A stretch of 58,391 nt of DNA, the filler included, from Sphacelaria rigidula (lineage: Eukaryota): NCBI GenBank assembly GCA_964200075.2. It is 7 parts of 7 records of this genome, joined end to end, with 100 filler letters (N's around TTAATTAATTAA, not from the genome) between each part and the next. Parts side by side here need not be neighbours in the genome. Positions count along the whole stretch, not along the records: positions 8,357 to 16,612 come from CAXNAA020011758.1; positions 16,713 to 24,968 come from CAXNAA020011759.1; 5 more parts are not named here. One strand, 5' to 3'. The notes beneath the pieces are model-generated. The model had not been told where the DNA came from. It saw nothing but the letters and a program-made list of their open reading frames with translations, and did no database searches. Below, piece after piece: positions 13,640 to 25,068 of this stretch (its first letter is position 1; each line of letters opens with the position of its first letter). Made by a program: the position numbers and the translations under genes.

Positions 13640-14290
13640 CATTTGGGATGCAGCACCAGGCGTGTATCCCCTAGATAACCGCATTAGGAAGAATTTCGAT
13701 GATAGAAAATGCTCACGATTACCAAAGGAGGCACTGGAAGGTACGCTTCGCCGACCATGAGTGGGAACAGCTCTCTCCAAGAGAACCCGAGAGGTTTTTC
13801 CGTGCCTTAAGGTGGGCGTGAGATAAGCGTACAGGATGGGGTTCAAGGTGCCGGTAGGTTGTGCTGTAGTCTCACACAAAACATCCGATCAAGATGCGAG
13901 AATCAAGCACGTAGTTTTGGCCAGCTTGGGTGCTATTGCAGCGTGGGCAGGCATGTGCGGTTGAGAAGTAAGGCAGTTTTCGCACGGTTCCCATCCCATT
14001 ATCTCGACTGGACAACACAGTGTTTCCCAATCCTGTGCTTGTTTGACATATGTTCCATTCTGCTCGTGACCTGGAACGGGAAGTGCAGATCTTCTCTGTG
14101 CTACTCTTGCGGTGTCTGATCCAGCCTGTACCCTTCGGTGCACTTTTGGTCGGTTCACAGATCGCACATCTTTGGCTCTTAACGAGCTGGAGGGGATATG
14201 AAGCAGTCGACAACGGCCATTTAAAATGCGGTTTAAAGTCAATTTCGTGTCGGGGGATAACACACTCCCATACAGTTTGACGGTGCTAGT
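13640..14290 (+). pseudogene. Highly decayed Ty3/gypsy RNase H region
   Basis: Broken translations 'PVGCAVVSHKTSDQDARI', 'EVRQFSHGSHPIISTGQH' and 'FKVNFVSGDNTLPYSLT' resemble gypsy RNase H and linker motifs in the expected order. Confidence 0.4.
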
Positions 14291-14457
14291 GGAGGATGAA
14301 AAAATGATTCGACTCCTGCGGCGGGAACCCTGCGTACCGATGATCAATTGCGCACATCGGGCGTCAAGTCAACAGGCCAACAGTGTGAAATCTGGCACCA
14401 GTACCTACCTTCATTGTCGAGGTTCTGCGTGCGCCTGCAGCATTGTTAGTAGTGCAA

Positions 14458-16290
14458 GGGTATGTTGGGTATGTTGGGTATGATGGGGTATTTATTCTCA
14501 AGTATCTCAGGTACACCAGCCGAGTATTTACTGTACCCAAGGTTTGGGTAAATTTTGTACGGCCTCAAGTACTTGACCTAACATTTGGGTAGATAGGGGT
14601 CGACTTCAAATACTCCACCCAATTTTCGGGCAAGTACTCTCAGCAATACCCGGGTGTAGAGTATCCCTCGGATATGACCTCAATACTCTATACCCAATGC
14701 ATGGGGGGATTTGGTACGACCTCAAAAACTCTTCTCAATTTGTGGGTAAGTACTCTCAGCAATACCCGGGTGTAGAGTATCCCCCGGGTATGACCTCAAT
14801 ACTCTATAGCCAATGCCTGGGTAGATGGAATACGAACTCAAATACTTTACCCGAATATCGGGTGAGTAATGTCAGCAATCCTGATCGTTGGTGACTTCGT
14901 GACGTCACTTACAAACCACCTTGGCTGTGAGGGCGAATGTTGACCAACAAAAAAGGGTGTAGTTTCATCGCCCCGAACATGATAACTCCGTATTATGGTC
15001 ATGTTTCCGTTTCAGCACAAAACCCGTCACGTTCTTGCCTGAATATGACTAGACGAGTAGAGGGAGAAACAAATGAGTGACAACGCGGACTACACTATCG
15101 ACACGACGGCAAACGGCACAGGACAATGCAGTACTGTCTGTACAAAAATACAGCAGTTCGACGCAGCAGCAAGATCAATGTCGCGTGTTTGTTACACTGG
15201 TTGCATTTCTGCATTGTCGTGTACTCTTTATGCAGTATAGTTCATTGCACCCAGTCTACAGGAGTAGTCACGGTAGCGTGTGATGTCGAACACGTACTCT
15301 TGTGGACTGAAGAAAAACGGCGACAGCGAGAGATGCCCTTGATGTTGATTGACTGATTGATTATCTCACATTAGCTGATTGCAACAATCCAGCCCGTGGT
15401 CAGGAGCAGCAAAAACAGAACAGAATAACAAAAAAGAGAAAAGAAAAAAAGGAACGGAAAAAGACAGAAGCAACGGCCTCAGAAAGGAAAGAAAAGGGGC
15501 AGCGACGACATCACCAACAACAACAACAACAACAAGGAGAACAAATGTTATCAACGGTCAATCTATTGCGCCATGTACAAACTGGTGCGACGTATATTCC
15601 TACATCCAACTGCTCGCGCTTCTGTCCTGCCCGATCGTGTCCTATAGTATACTATCTGCATTGTTCGGTAGTTATTTCGGTAGTATGCGCTGTCCAAAAT
15701 GCATACTAGCTTGTGAGAACAAATGAAAACAATGTAACATAGATTAATAGATAAAATTTATGCTTTTGTGCAGAATCAATACACCCGCGAATACGGGATT
15801 TTGAAGACCTTGGATACAAACGTAAGTTATGACCGGACATGCCTGGTAAGGTATATACTTGTAGATACGGGTATTCACTGTACCCAAAGTTTGAGTAGAT
15901 TAGGTATGACCTCAAATACTCTACCCAACTTTTCGGTAGATCGGGCACAACCTCAAATACTCTACCCAATGTGTGGACAAGTCCTCTGAGCAATACCCGA
16001 GAATAGAGTATCACTTGGGTACGACCTTAATATTCCTACGCAAATCTAGGTGGGTCAGGTACGGCCTCAAACACTCTACCCAAATTTTGGGTTAGTACTT
16101 TCAACAATTTCCGGGTGCGGAGTATCAACTGGATATGGCTCATCATTCTACTCAAATATTGGGTCATTTGGGTACAATATCTAATACTCTACCCGAATTT
16201 GGGTAGATTGGGTACGATTTCAACACCCTGCCCAAAGCGTACGACTTGTTAAAATACCCGGGTATCGGGTATACCGTACCCGACACGCCC
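14458..16290. mobile_element. Non-autonomous TIR element with subterminal 41-bp palindromic tandem arrays (C/G variant)
   Basis: Imperfect TIR gggtatgttgggta / tacccgacacgccc. Arrays at ~14500-14870 and ~15860-16270. Shares 'cctga.cgt.gg.gacttcgtgacgtca' and 'agacgagtag' with 43355-44648. Confidence 0.7.
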
Positions 16291-16521
16291 TCGTTGTAGC
16301 GTGCGTCGACAGGCCATCGAGTGCAAGACACGTCTGTACCGAGCTCGCTACAAGCAAAACAAGGTCGACGGATCCATATCAAAGTGTGATCGCATGCGAC
16401 GTGTAGTGTGCGGCAGTGCGAGAGCAACTGTCTGCTTGATACACGATCGAGCGTTGTCCGCAGACCCCAGTCTTTGGCATTTCCTCGTTCTGTTTGCAAG
16501 AGCTCATCTCGCCCCCCCCCC

Positions 16522-16593
16522 TCCGTCTCGAAAGGGATGCGAGGTCAATGGTCAAACGACTAAGGCAAGCAACAAATGAGTACGCCCCCCCCC
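16522..16593 (+). repeat. Short poly(C)-flanked repeat, family A 3'-tail subfamily
   Basis: 'tccgtctcgaaagggatgcgaggtcaatggtcaaacgactaaggcaagcaacaaatgagtacg' between C-runs. Related copies at 37664-37742, 41830-41863 and 54838-54909. Confidence 0.85.
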
Positions 16594-16612
16594 GGTCGAT
16601 AGTTACAGAAGG

Positions 16613-16712
16613 NNNNNNNNNNNNNNNNNNNNNNNNNNNNNNNNNNNNNNNNNNNNTTAATTAATTAANNNNNNNNNNNNNNNNNNNNNNNNNNNNNNNN
16701 NNNNNNNNNNNN
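16613..16712. other. Artificial assembly linker
   Basis: Same N44-TTAATTAATTAA-N44 structure. Confidence 0.98.
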
Positions 16713-16759
16713 CTTGGGAAATAAAAACAAAAATGTCCTTCACCGACCAAACCTCCTAC

Positions 16760-18490
16760 AATGTCCCATAGCTCGACTCTGTATACGAGTCACCCTACCC
16801 ATCCGGGCGTCGGTCCTCAGGACTCTTTGATGACGTCCACACCGTAGACCCACCATTTTCTTCGTTCTCCCTTACGTGAAACAGCCCCTCGGACACGCAG
16901 GTTCACTGCCCAGTGTGTCTGTCGGGGACCTGCCAAGCTCCTTGGACCCCTGTGCAGCCAGCCATCCGAACACGATGCGCTTCTGGAGACCAGCGACGTG
17001 TTTCGTCCTGCCTGCCGGACAGGGATCGTCACGAACGAGAGTTGACGCTTGCAAATGGTTCTCTCGATACGTCCGCACTGGATCAGCTCGACCACACCTC
17101 TTCTCAAGCACACCCCTGCATGGAAATACGCTTATGTCCACTGCGATCCTTCGTACGGGACCCAAACTGCTCGCAACTCGAAGGTTTTGTTTGGCAGTGC
17201 GAAGGCGCTCGAAACTACTCAGATGCAGCGTTGACGTTGCGCATCCGTATAGCATAGCCTTCACCACCTCCGCTCTAAGCACCCGGATCCCGAGTGAAAG
17301 CTGAGCCCGAGCCTTGAGCAGATTGGAGATTTGGGAGGCACATTTTCGGAGGCGCGCTCACGCAACGCTGATACGGCCCGCGACTTGAATGGAAATAGTC
17401 GTGTCGATAGCATCGTCAACGTAGACGAGCTCGGCTGTCACCTCGTTTCGATGGACCGGTGCCTCCGTGTTCAATGCGGTCGCATGGAAGCTGAACACTG
17501 ACCATAGATGGATGCATGACCTCTGTGTCGTCCTTCAAATGCTATTTCAGTAGTCCGAACTCCCGATACACTACCACTATCAGAGCCGCCATCCCAGCAA
17601 GCTCGCCTGGGGACCTCGAGACGACGTGTGCGTCATCCGCGCACGGCATTCCCCAAACCGCGCCTTGCACACTCTCTGGCGGCATCTCTTCTTGGGGGTT
17701 ACCCTCCTCCTTCCCCGTTGTATCATATACAAAAGATATTTACGAAGTCTGCGGCGATGGCCGGGGATGCCGCGGGACGCTGCAAAACGACGTCGACCAA
17801 AGCTGCGCCGAACATATTGAACAATAGCTCGGACGAAAAGTACCATTGCCTGAGTTTTCCTGGCAGACGTGCAACCACTCTGATGACTCGCCATCATCCA
17901 GCTGTATCCGAGGTTGCATGTCGCCGTGGAGCGTACAAATGACGTTGATCATCCGCCTCGGGACTTCGAAATGGGCAAGCAATCCCTGCAAAGACGTGCG
18001 GCCGGTGGAGTCGTATGCCCTCTGTAGTTCGATGACGCACGTGTTTGGTGAAATATTTCACGGCTGGCCCAGCTGCTGCGGTCGCAGGGCATATTGCGAA
18101 AATCACATCAGCGGTGAATATTTGGCGCCGGAATCCTCGCTGTTTCCCCGGGAGAATCCCGGCTCCCCCCTAAAAATTGCTGAGCCTGTGGGCTACGATT
18201 TTGAGGAGCAATTTACCGGTTTGCAGCACGAGGGCAATGAACCTTTTGCTACGACGCACCGTACTTCCTATTTGTGTAGCACTTTGATACTGCCGCGTTT
18301 CCACTCGCCGCGGCACCTGGCCAGGCCTTGGAACATGAGCGATAATGCCGTGGAAATTGCTTAGGATTTCTGAATGTAACAGCTTCCCAATAACTCCAAG
18401 ATTCAAGAGTTTAGCTGGTAGCCCATCCGGTCCCAAACTTCTCCGTCAGCCGCATCTCCCAGTGCCTCTTTTGTTTCATGTAGGATGAGT
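16760..18490 (-). mobile_element. Decayed non-LTR retrotransposon (LINE, RTE-like), RT to C-terminal region
   Basis: Broken minus-strand translations GPDGLPAKLL, GKLLLKIVAHRLS, FEVPRRMINVICTLHGDMQPRIQLDDGESSEWL and LRAEVVKAMLYGCAT are typical of LINE ORF2. Many frameshifts. Confidence 0.85.
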
Positions 18491-18972
18491 GGGTCTCCAA
18501 GCGACGTAGCTTTTCGGCTGTAGTGTGGTGCTCTAGTAAATACAATACGTACCACAATGCTATGCCACATCTTTCTATTGGCAAAAATGCCGCCGCACTC
18601 CGCATCCTGTAGGTTTGATGTTCCGACAGTATATAAACATGCTGTATACACATTTTCGTGCTTCGTTCTTCTTCTGGCTTCCGTCGTCGGCGGCAGCGAA
18701 GTTCGACAAATTGAGTAGGAAATGATGACGAGCTGCGGGAGTTTGGATTCACTGCTTGATGATGATAGTAGTCAAAGCAGGTGCTGGAGACAAGATAGAG
18801 ATGGCTTAATCCGTCGACACTACAGGCTCGTTCCGAGGAAGCGAGGAATTTAGAGTCTGGCTGCCAATGAAATGTGAAGCATGTGCAAGCGCCACGCACA
18901 ATAGCGCTGTGAGACATTGTTCAACGATAATGATGATAATGATGAGATCAGGTCTCTCACGCACGGTTCGCT

Positions 18973-19070
18973 CAGCAGCACCAGCAGCACTAACACTAGC
19001 AGCACTAGCACTAGCACTTGCACTAGCACTTGCACTTGCACTTGCACTTGCACTAGCACTAGCATTAGCA
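18973..19070. repeat. Hexanucleotide microsatellite (GCACTA/GCACTT)n
   Basis: Directly visible; produces spurious (LA)n/(VQ)n ORFs. Confidence 0.9.
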
Positions 19071-19581
19071 CACGCGAAGGCCACGTGGGCTTGAACGTCA
19101 CACGTGGCCGCATATTCCCAGCTTCTGCTCGTTAGTGCAGGCAAAACCCCTGCAGTATGTGAAGACTTGACAGATTGATTGCCCGGCATCAAGGTGTGTA
19201 CACTACGGGGCATACGTTTCTCGTCCCTGTGTGAAAAAGGACACCACGGGAATTCTGGTCACAACATGAATCATCATTATATACTCAGTTAATGCCGATG
19301 AGGAGATCGTGTATGTTGTATCACCACTGTTGGAAGAACCTTCGCAGTAGACCTCAGCATGCGCACTGTACACAACACCGTCGCAGAATCTGTTCACCCA
19401 GAAGTACCTCCACAACACCGTCATGGCTACCGTGAGTGGCGGAAAGAGAATGCGTGCAAATGTTTTGCCCTATGCCTGCTGATGAGACACGACGCTACGT
19501 GGATGCATTTGCAGACGCTGTAGTGTAGCACCTCGTTTTGTGGCGCGTTTTTTTTTGTCGCTCAATTGCTGCTGCTCTTGC

Positions 19582-19626
19582 CGTCGTCGTCGTCGTCGTC
19601 GTCGTCGTTGTTGTTGTTGTTGTTGG
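19582..19626. repeat. Compound microsatellite (GTC)n(GTT)n
   Basis: Directly visible. Confidence 0.9.
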
Positions 19627-19825
19627 GAATACTAATATTTTCCGAGTCTTGGGGTATTGATATTGTTTTCGTTTCGTACACATTATTTATCGTCTTCCGT
19701 TTGTTGCCACTGCCGATATATTGTACTTTTTTGTTGTTTTGTTTCATTTTCGGTGGCACAAACAATCTCACGTGAAATGTACACTACACCCGGTGTATGC
19801 TTGTGTACTTCTTGTATTTCCCCAG

Positions 19826-19958
19826 GAGCTAAGTGTCAGAGCAAGCGGGGCGGCCGAGTCACGAAGCAGGTCATCGTCATCGTCCGTCGACCTCCTGAAG
19901 GCTTTCCGAAAGATTGGCCAAAAAGGCGGCGGGCTGAGCGCCGCTATGACGTCACTCG
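19826..19958 (+). CDS. METTL17: RSM22/METTL17 exon, low-complexity linker
   Basis: tttccccag acceptor, gtaagg donor, 133 nt. Phase-1 end joins the next exon in frame (SL-G-SDG). Confidence 0.65.
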
Positions 19959-22900
19959 GTAAGGTTTGGAAATTCACCTGGAGCGTTAACAACAGCGTTG
20001 GAAGCGGGGGAGACTATATACCCTGGTACTTGAGCTGTTCGTACGGCGATGTTTGGAGACACTCGATCGGTACACTGGGTTCCTCTGCCGCGAAATTTGC
20101 AGAAGAATACCGTCTTGCGCATAAGCTGAGGTGCAGTACTCTCATGTACAACGATACAACGCTTCTTCTAGCAACATTCAACTTCAATTCTTGAAAGCAT
20201 CGATCGTCGAAGTAAGGTTCTTTTTGACAATTTCATAAGTAACACGCTACAAGTAGCGGCGTCGCTAGTTTTGATCTAGGCCAAGATCTAATTTCGGTGC
20301 CGAGAGAAAACCCTCGACAGATTCCTGCCGCATGCTTGCACGTAGGGAGGCCTTACGACTATAAAGTGAGGGGCACGTAGCGAGAGATGGGTAGATTTAT
20401 GCCGAAAAAGTACCTAACCCTAGTTTTTTTCGAAAAATATACGTGCTACTCAAGCTGTCTAGAAATCTGTGCAATCGAGTCGTAGCTCCTCCGACGTCGT
20501 AACGGACTGCTGCATGCCATCCCTTGTAGCAGTTTTCACTTTGTAAGCCACACCGCAAAGCGTTCCACAAAGACATCTGCTCTAAGAGAGCCCCGAAGCA
20601 TGGATGCACAGAATGGGGCATGTTCTCCTCATTTTAGGATGGCCTTGCTGCATCCTAGAGCCGCACACATCTTCCGCACAACCCCGCCGGTACCACTCTC
20701 CAACAACCCTCCGCGTCGACGGCAAATATAAGATAGAGCCTGGTCTCTCACATACAGCACGCTGACGATCCCCAACCCTCATAGCGAACCCCACCAGCTC
20801 GGCGTCCTCATCTTAAAGCGCACCGCCGCGGCATGGGCCTGTGAGCTGGCCGAAAAACGTCGGGCGGCACCTGCGCCGCGTGACGGATTGGCTTTCCCTC
20901 TGGATCATAACAGGCTCCCGAGAGCTGTGGGGCCTACATGTGAGGAAGGGTCTCGGGTAGGAGAGATATCCTACCCAGATTTGTGTGGGCGTGCGTAGAT
21001 GAACAGCTAGGCAGCGGGAATGTCGAGTCACCTCTGGCGGACGGTGGTCGGAGATGGTGCTTGTGATTTGAGGGAGATGGCATTTCCACTGCCTAGCTGT
21101 TCATCGACGCACGACCGCAAGAGTCTAGGTAGGGTATCTATCCCACTCTAGACTCTTCTGCCAATGTAGGCCCCACACCTCTCGGGAGCCTCTCGCGACT
21201 CGGAGGAAAGTCGAATGCGTAGCGCGGCGCAAGTGCTGGCTGGCCCTCCTCAGTCAGCTCCAACTCAGAACTCTATTTTGACGTGAAACGTGATGTCGCG
21301 GAGCTACAACCCAACGACACAGAATTCCGTGATGATTAGTGTACATACATACATATATATGCTATTTGCAACTGATCCGTTATTTTTTGTGGTCCTGTTA
21401 TTGTTGTCGCTGCTGGTGCTGGTGCTGCTGGTGCTGCTGTTTGTATTGCTTTTTTCTCGTGCACCTGTGATTAACTCGAATACTTGGCGTTGTGTAAACG
21501 TAATATGTAGGTTCCGACGGCATCCACGACGAGTTCTTGAAACGGGAAGACTGGGCTAGACTCATCCGCAAGCCCCTCAAGGCCCAAGGGCACGCCATAC
21601 TAGACGTGTGCACCCCGGATGGCGACATTCAGCGGAAGGCAAGTTACCCGGCAGAACGTAATTTCCGAGCGAAAGCAAAACTATCGTAATCTTTCTGCAC
21701 ATGGTACAACAAACAGTATTCGCATGTCTCATGTTTGGTTGCACAGGCAACGAAATGCGGAAAGTCGAGAATAGTAAGAAATCATCAAACGTTCCTTCCT
21801 AATGCTTTGTTGTAGCTACTGAATAACGAGTGTGCTTGCATTCACACGTACTCGTTTTTTTCTTCCTTCTCTTCCTTTTTTCACGTTGATGGCATGAACT
21901 GCATCGTCGTTCAAGATTTCCCCCACCCCCTTCTTCTACCTTCTCCCACTCGTGCGGCGTGGAGAATCTCAACTCCACACAAAGGGATGATGGTACTGCG
22001 TAGTGTTTACATGGTGAGACGCCCATGAGGCAGTGCGTAAGTCGTGGCTGTTTCTGGAAGTGGCGATACCAGAAAATGAAGCAACTCCTTGTACGCTGTC
22101 ATCCAAATGCAAGATAATCGATAGGCTTCGGGCCGAACAATCTCAGCAGGATTCAGCTCACCCATCATGCGACTCGCCGAACACACCACGGTGCTTCGCG
22201 CTCGGTGATTGATTGCGAGCCTGGTCCGGCGAAAACCCGGCGTGCTCCGTCCCGGCTTTGTAAGGATGCAAGGTGAATGGTCAGATGGCTATGGCATGCA
22301 TGATCATGAGTACACCCCTCTCCCACTCCTTCTGACGCTCTGTACAGTATCCACCTGCATGCCTGTCTGCCTACCTGTATTCCTGTGTATGTGTCCGCGC
22401 CTGTATTTACGTGTTCCCCGTTTTCCGTCTCTCGACCTATGTACGAATCTATTCTCCTCGGCCTATCTCTCCAAGTTGCCCGTCTGTGTTTCTTTTTGTA
22501 TGCCTCGCCGCTTTTGTGTCTCTCTTGTAACTGACTTTTATCTCCTGGCCTATGTCTCTCTATGGCTTTCTCTCTGTGCCCTTCTCTCTGTGGCTTTCTC
22601 TCTCTCCCCCCCTCCCTCTCCCCTCCCCTATGGTGAGGCACCCATGAGGCAGTGTATAAGCCGTGGCTGTCTCTGGAAGTCAATACCAGATAATATAGCA
22701 ACTCATCGTAAGCTGTCATCCAAATGCAAGATAATCAGTAGGCCTCGGGGCGAATAATCTTGGCCGGATGCAGCTCACCCTTCATGCGACTCGCCGAACA
22801 CATCACGGCGCTTCGCGCTNNNNNNNNNNCTTTGTAGGGATGCGAGGTCTATGGTCTTATGACTATGGCATGCATGATCATGAGTACATCCTCCCTCTCC

Positions 22901-23359
22901 CCCCACCATCTGTCTGTCTGTCTGTCTATCTGTCTCTGGCACGATCAGATCGAATCCAAAAATAAATGGAAAGGCGCCACGGGGGTATACGTCGCAGCGA
23001 GAAAGTCGCAACTAGGCGGACTCTGGCCGTACCTCGACAACACCAACTTGAAGTCACCCGTAGCTCCAAAACCATCAAACCATGAAGGCGGGTGGGATGA
23101 CTTGGAAGAGTACGATGAAGACGACGACGATGATGACGATGACGAATCGGAAACGGCTGGCAAGGGTGGTCAACAGAGACGAAAGAATCGGCAATTTGCT
23201 TCCGCTTTCGACCAAACTGCAGGTAGCGGCTTTGGAGGAGGTACGGGGGGGCTTCGGCGGAGCGGGGCTGCCAAGGGGGAGGCGGAGAGAAGACGAGATA
23301 ACATTGCGAACGCTGAAGCTGCTAGATATCGCGATTTACGGGTTGTAGATGCAGAATGA
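19826..23359 (+). CDS. METTL17: RSM22/METTL17 mitochondrial small ribosomal subunit assembly factor, 3' part; exons 19826-19958, 21511-21638, 22949-23359
   Basis: Spliced translation ...REDWARLIRKPLKAQGHAILDVCTPDGDIQRK|IESKNKWKGATGVYVAARKSQLGGLWP... matches the Rsm22 C-terminal pattern (WxRxxxxPxKxxGHxxxDxCTPxG...YxxARKSxWGxLWP). Phases are consistent (1, 0). No upstream exons found in this contig. Confidence 0.88.
20445..20800 (-). pseudogene. Possible decayed MULE-type transposase C-terminal fragment (intronic)
   Basis: 'EQMSLWNALRCGLQSENCYKGWHAAVRYDVGGATTRLHRFLDSL' resembles the MULE pattern 'LWN...RTNNxxEGWH...FxxxL'. Weak match. Confidence 0.3.
20843..21260. repeat. Long imperfect inverted repeat (~190-bp arms, ~45-bp loop) in a METTL17 intron
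   Basis: aggctcccgagagctgtggggcctacat pairs with atgtaggccccacacctctcgggagcct (27/28). gtgcgtagatgaacagctaggcag pairs with ctgcctagctgttcatcgacgcac (23/24). Confidence 0.85.
21511..21638 (+). CDS. METTL17: RSM22/METTL17 exon (WARLIRKPLKAQGHAILDVCTPDG)
   Basis: tag acceptor, conserved motif, ends at AAG|gcaagt (GC donor). Confidence 0.88.
21950..22320 (+). mobile_element. Family A poly(C)-associated element, 5'-truncated
   Basis: Shared body 'gaggcagtg..taag.cgtggctgt.tctggaagtggcgataccag...ctgtcatccaaatgcaagataat' and 3' end 'catgcatgatcatgagtacacccc'. Confidence 0.9.
22630..22895 (+). mobile_element. Family A element, 5'-truncated
   Basis: Same body and 3' end, preceded by a C-rich tract; contains a 10-N gap. 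Confidence 0.9.
22949..23359 (+). CDS. METTL17: RSM22/METTL17 terminal exon with acidic C-terminal extension
   Basis: Pyrimidine tract plus cag acceptor, YVAARKSQLGGLWP motif, open frame to TGA at 23357-23359. Confidence 0.85.
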   Translation: MESKNKWKGATGVYVAARKSQLGGLWPYLDNTNLKSPVAPKPSNHEGGWDDLEEYDEDDDDDDDDESETAGKGGQQRRKNRQFASAFDQTAGSGFGGGTGGLRRSGAAKGEAERRRDNIANAEAARYRDLRVVDAE

Positions 23360-23919
23360 AAAATCTGGTAATTAGAAGAGCCATCTACGCTGTTGACGGA
23401 TTTGATGAAAGCAGTTAGGTTAACCTGCGAGTAGTTGTGAGCCCATCGCGCTTCGAAAGAGTTTTTGTACGGTGTGTTACACGATCGTTCGTTTTGAAAG
23501 CTGTGACGGGGTCATGTGGTGTTTTCGATGACCGGAAGAAATGTCCGAAAAGTGTCTCGTGTATCGGGCGTGATTTATTTGGTTGTTGGTGAGATGTGTT
23601 TTGTTCGACCTGGGCACCGGTTCGCGTGGACTCGTGGTTTGTGGGTGTCCTTCCTTGTCTTTGCTTTCATGTGTTTTGCCCCTGAACCATGCATATTTTC
23701 CCGGTGGAGTTTACAGTAATTCGTCCCATGAAGGATGCTTCAACTTGTTACAGGGTATATACATTTCGTTGTGTGGATCGCGTTTCTTGTGGATCGCGTC
23801 GCTTGTATTGGTTTGTTGAAGTCGGAGGGTTTGGGATCCCAGCGCTCAAGCTGAGAAGCGGCGAAGTCAATTGGGATCGACGTGAGCTTGTTTCCGCCCC
23901 AAAACAAGTGTTCGTAGGC

Positions 23920-24921
23920 CTACGGAGTGTTACGTTTGGTGATGGAGGTATAATCGCAAGGATCGTGTAAAGGAATGCCGCGATGACCAATGCTACTGGA
24001 ACTTATCTGTTCTTCACCCCGTTGTGCTAAAGGCGAACTTTCGCTACTCGATCCTTCCTGAACGAACGCTCGAGTAGTACAAGGCACTACAGATACCCCA
24101 TCGCTTGTTGGGGTACACGCGTATATCGGAAACGTTGGAATACCCCGCCCCCCCACTCTTGCTCCGGCGACAACCCGGCGCGCTTTGTCCGGGCTTTGTA
24201 GGGACGGACCCCCCTCTGGGGTTTGCGTCGGTTGGCGACGACGCTGTAAAACATGCCACTCACTGCGTAAGCTAGGCAACCAGGTCACCCTTTTTTTTGC
24301 GCGCTTGCATTTTTTTTTGCGATAACCGTGATGGTGGTCGAGCTAGATCATTTTTTGTGGGGTGGGAGAACCTCAACTCCGCGCGAAGGGGATGATGGTA
24401 CTACGGAGTGTTCACATGGTGAGACACCCATTAGGCAGTGTGTAAGCCGTGGGTATCTCTGAAAGTGGCGATACCGGGAAATGAAGCATATCATTTCAGG
24501 CTGTCATCCAATCGCAAGATAATGAGTACGCTTCGAGCGGAACAATCTTAGCAGGATTCAGCTCACCCTGCATGCGACTCGCCGAGCACACCACGGCGCT
24601 TCGCGCTTGGTGATTGATTGCGAGCCTGGTCCGACGAAAACCCGGGCTTACCCTCTGAGCAGATGACTCCTCGACATTTGCGTGCGTCGACTTTTGCATC
24701 CATTTAAATCGCCTCTACTAAGCACAGCCTTCGAAATGCGCTCATTTTCACGTCGATCCCATACCTGTCCCTCCCGTCGTTCCAGGCTTCTCCAGTGCAC
24801 TTGCAGTTTGGCCTTTGACTCTGAGGCAGTGGACATTAAGTCGGGTACCCGTTCACTGCAAAAATCCTGCTCACCGCGGTCCCTGCGTATCCAGTCATTG
24901 CACGGGTGGCCACTGGGGTGC
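23920..24921 (-). CDS. Putative last two exons (24652-24921, 23920-24103) of an unidentified gene convergent with METTL17
   Basis: GG|gtaagc donor and aag|C acceptor join in phase 2 to an open frame ending ...ITKRNTP*. The intron is almost entirely a family A copy. No recognisable domain; the upstream acceptor is uncertain. Confidence 0.35.
24163..24646 (+). mobile_element. Family A element, near full-length 5' part, lacking the 3' tail
   Basis: Colinear with the reverse complement of 31931-32495; preceded by a C-run. Confidence 0.9.
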
Positions 24922-24968
24922 CTGTAACCTCAAATTTGGACGTTATAGACCTTGTGCAACGTCTGTAA

Positions 24969-25068
24969 NNNNNNNNNNNNNNNNNNNNNNNNNNNNNNNN
25001 NNNNNNNNNNNNTTAATTAATTAANNNNNNNNNNNNNNNNNNNNNNNNNNNNNNNNNNNNNNNNNNNN
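24969..25068. other. Artificial assembly linker
   Basis: Same N44-TTAATTAATTAA-N44 structure. Confidence 0.98.

Noticed and set aside
23920-24921. Candidate C-terminal exons of XPC
   Set aside because: Two linkers away from XPC and no BHD motifs.
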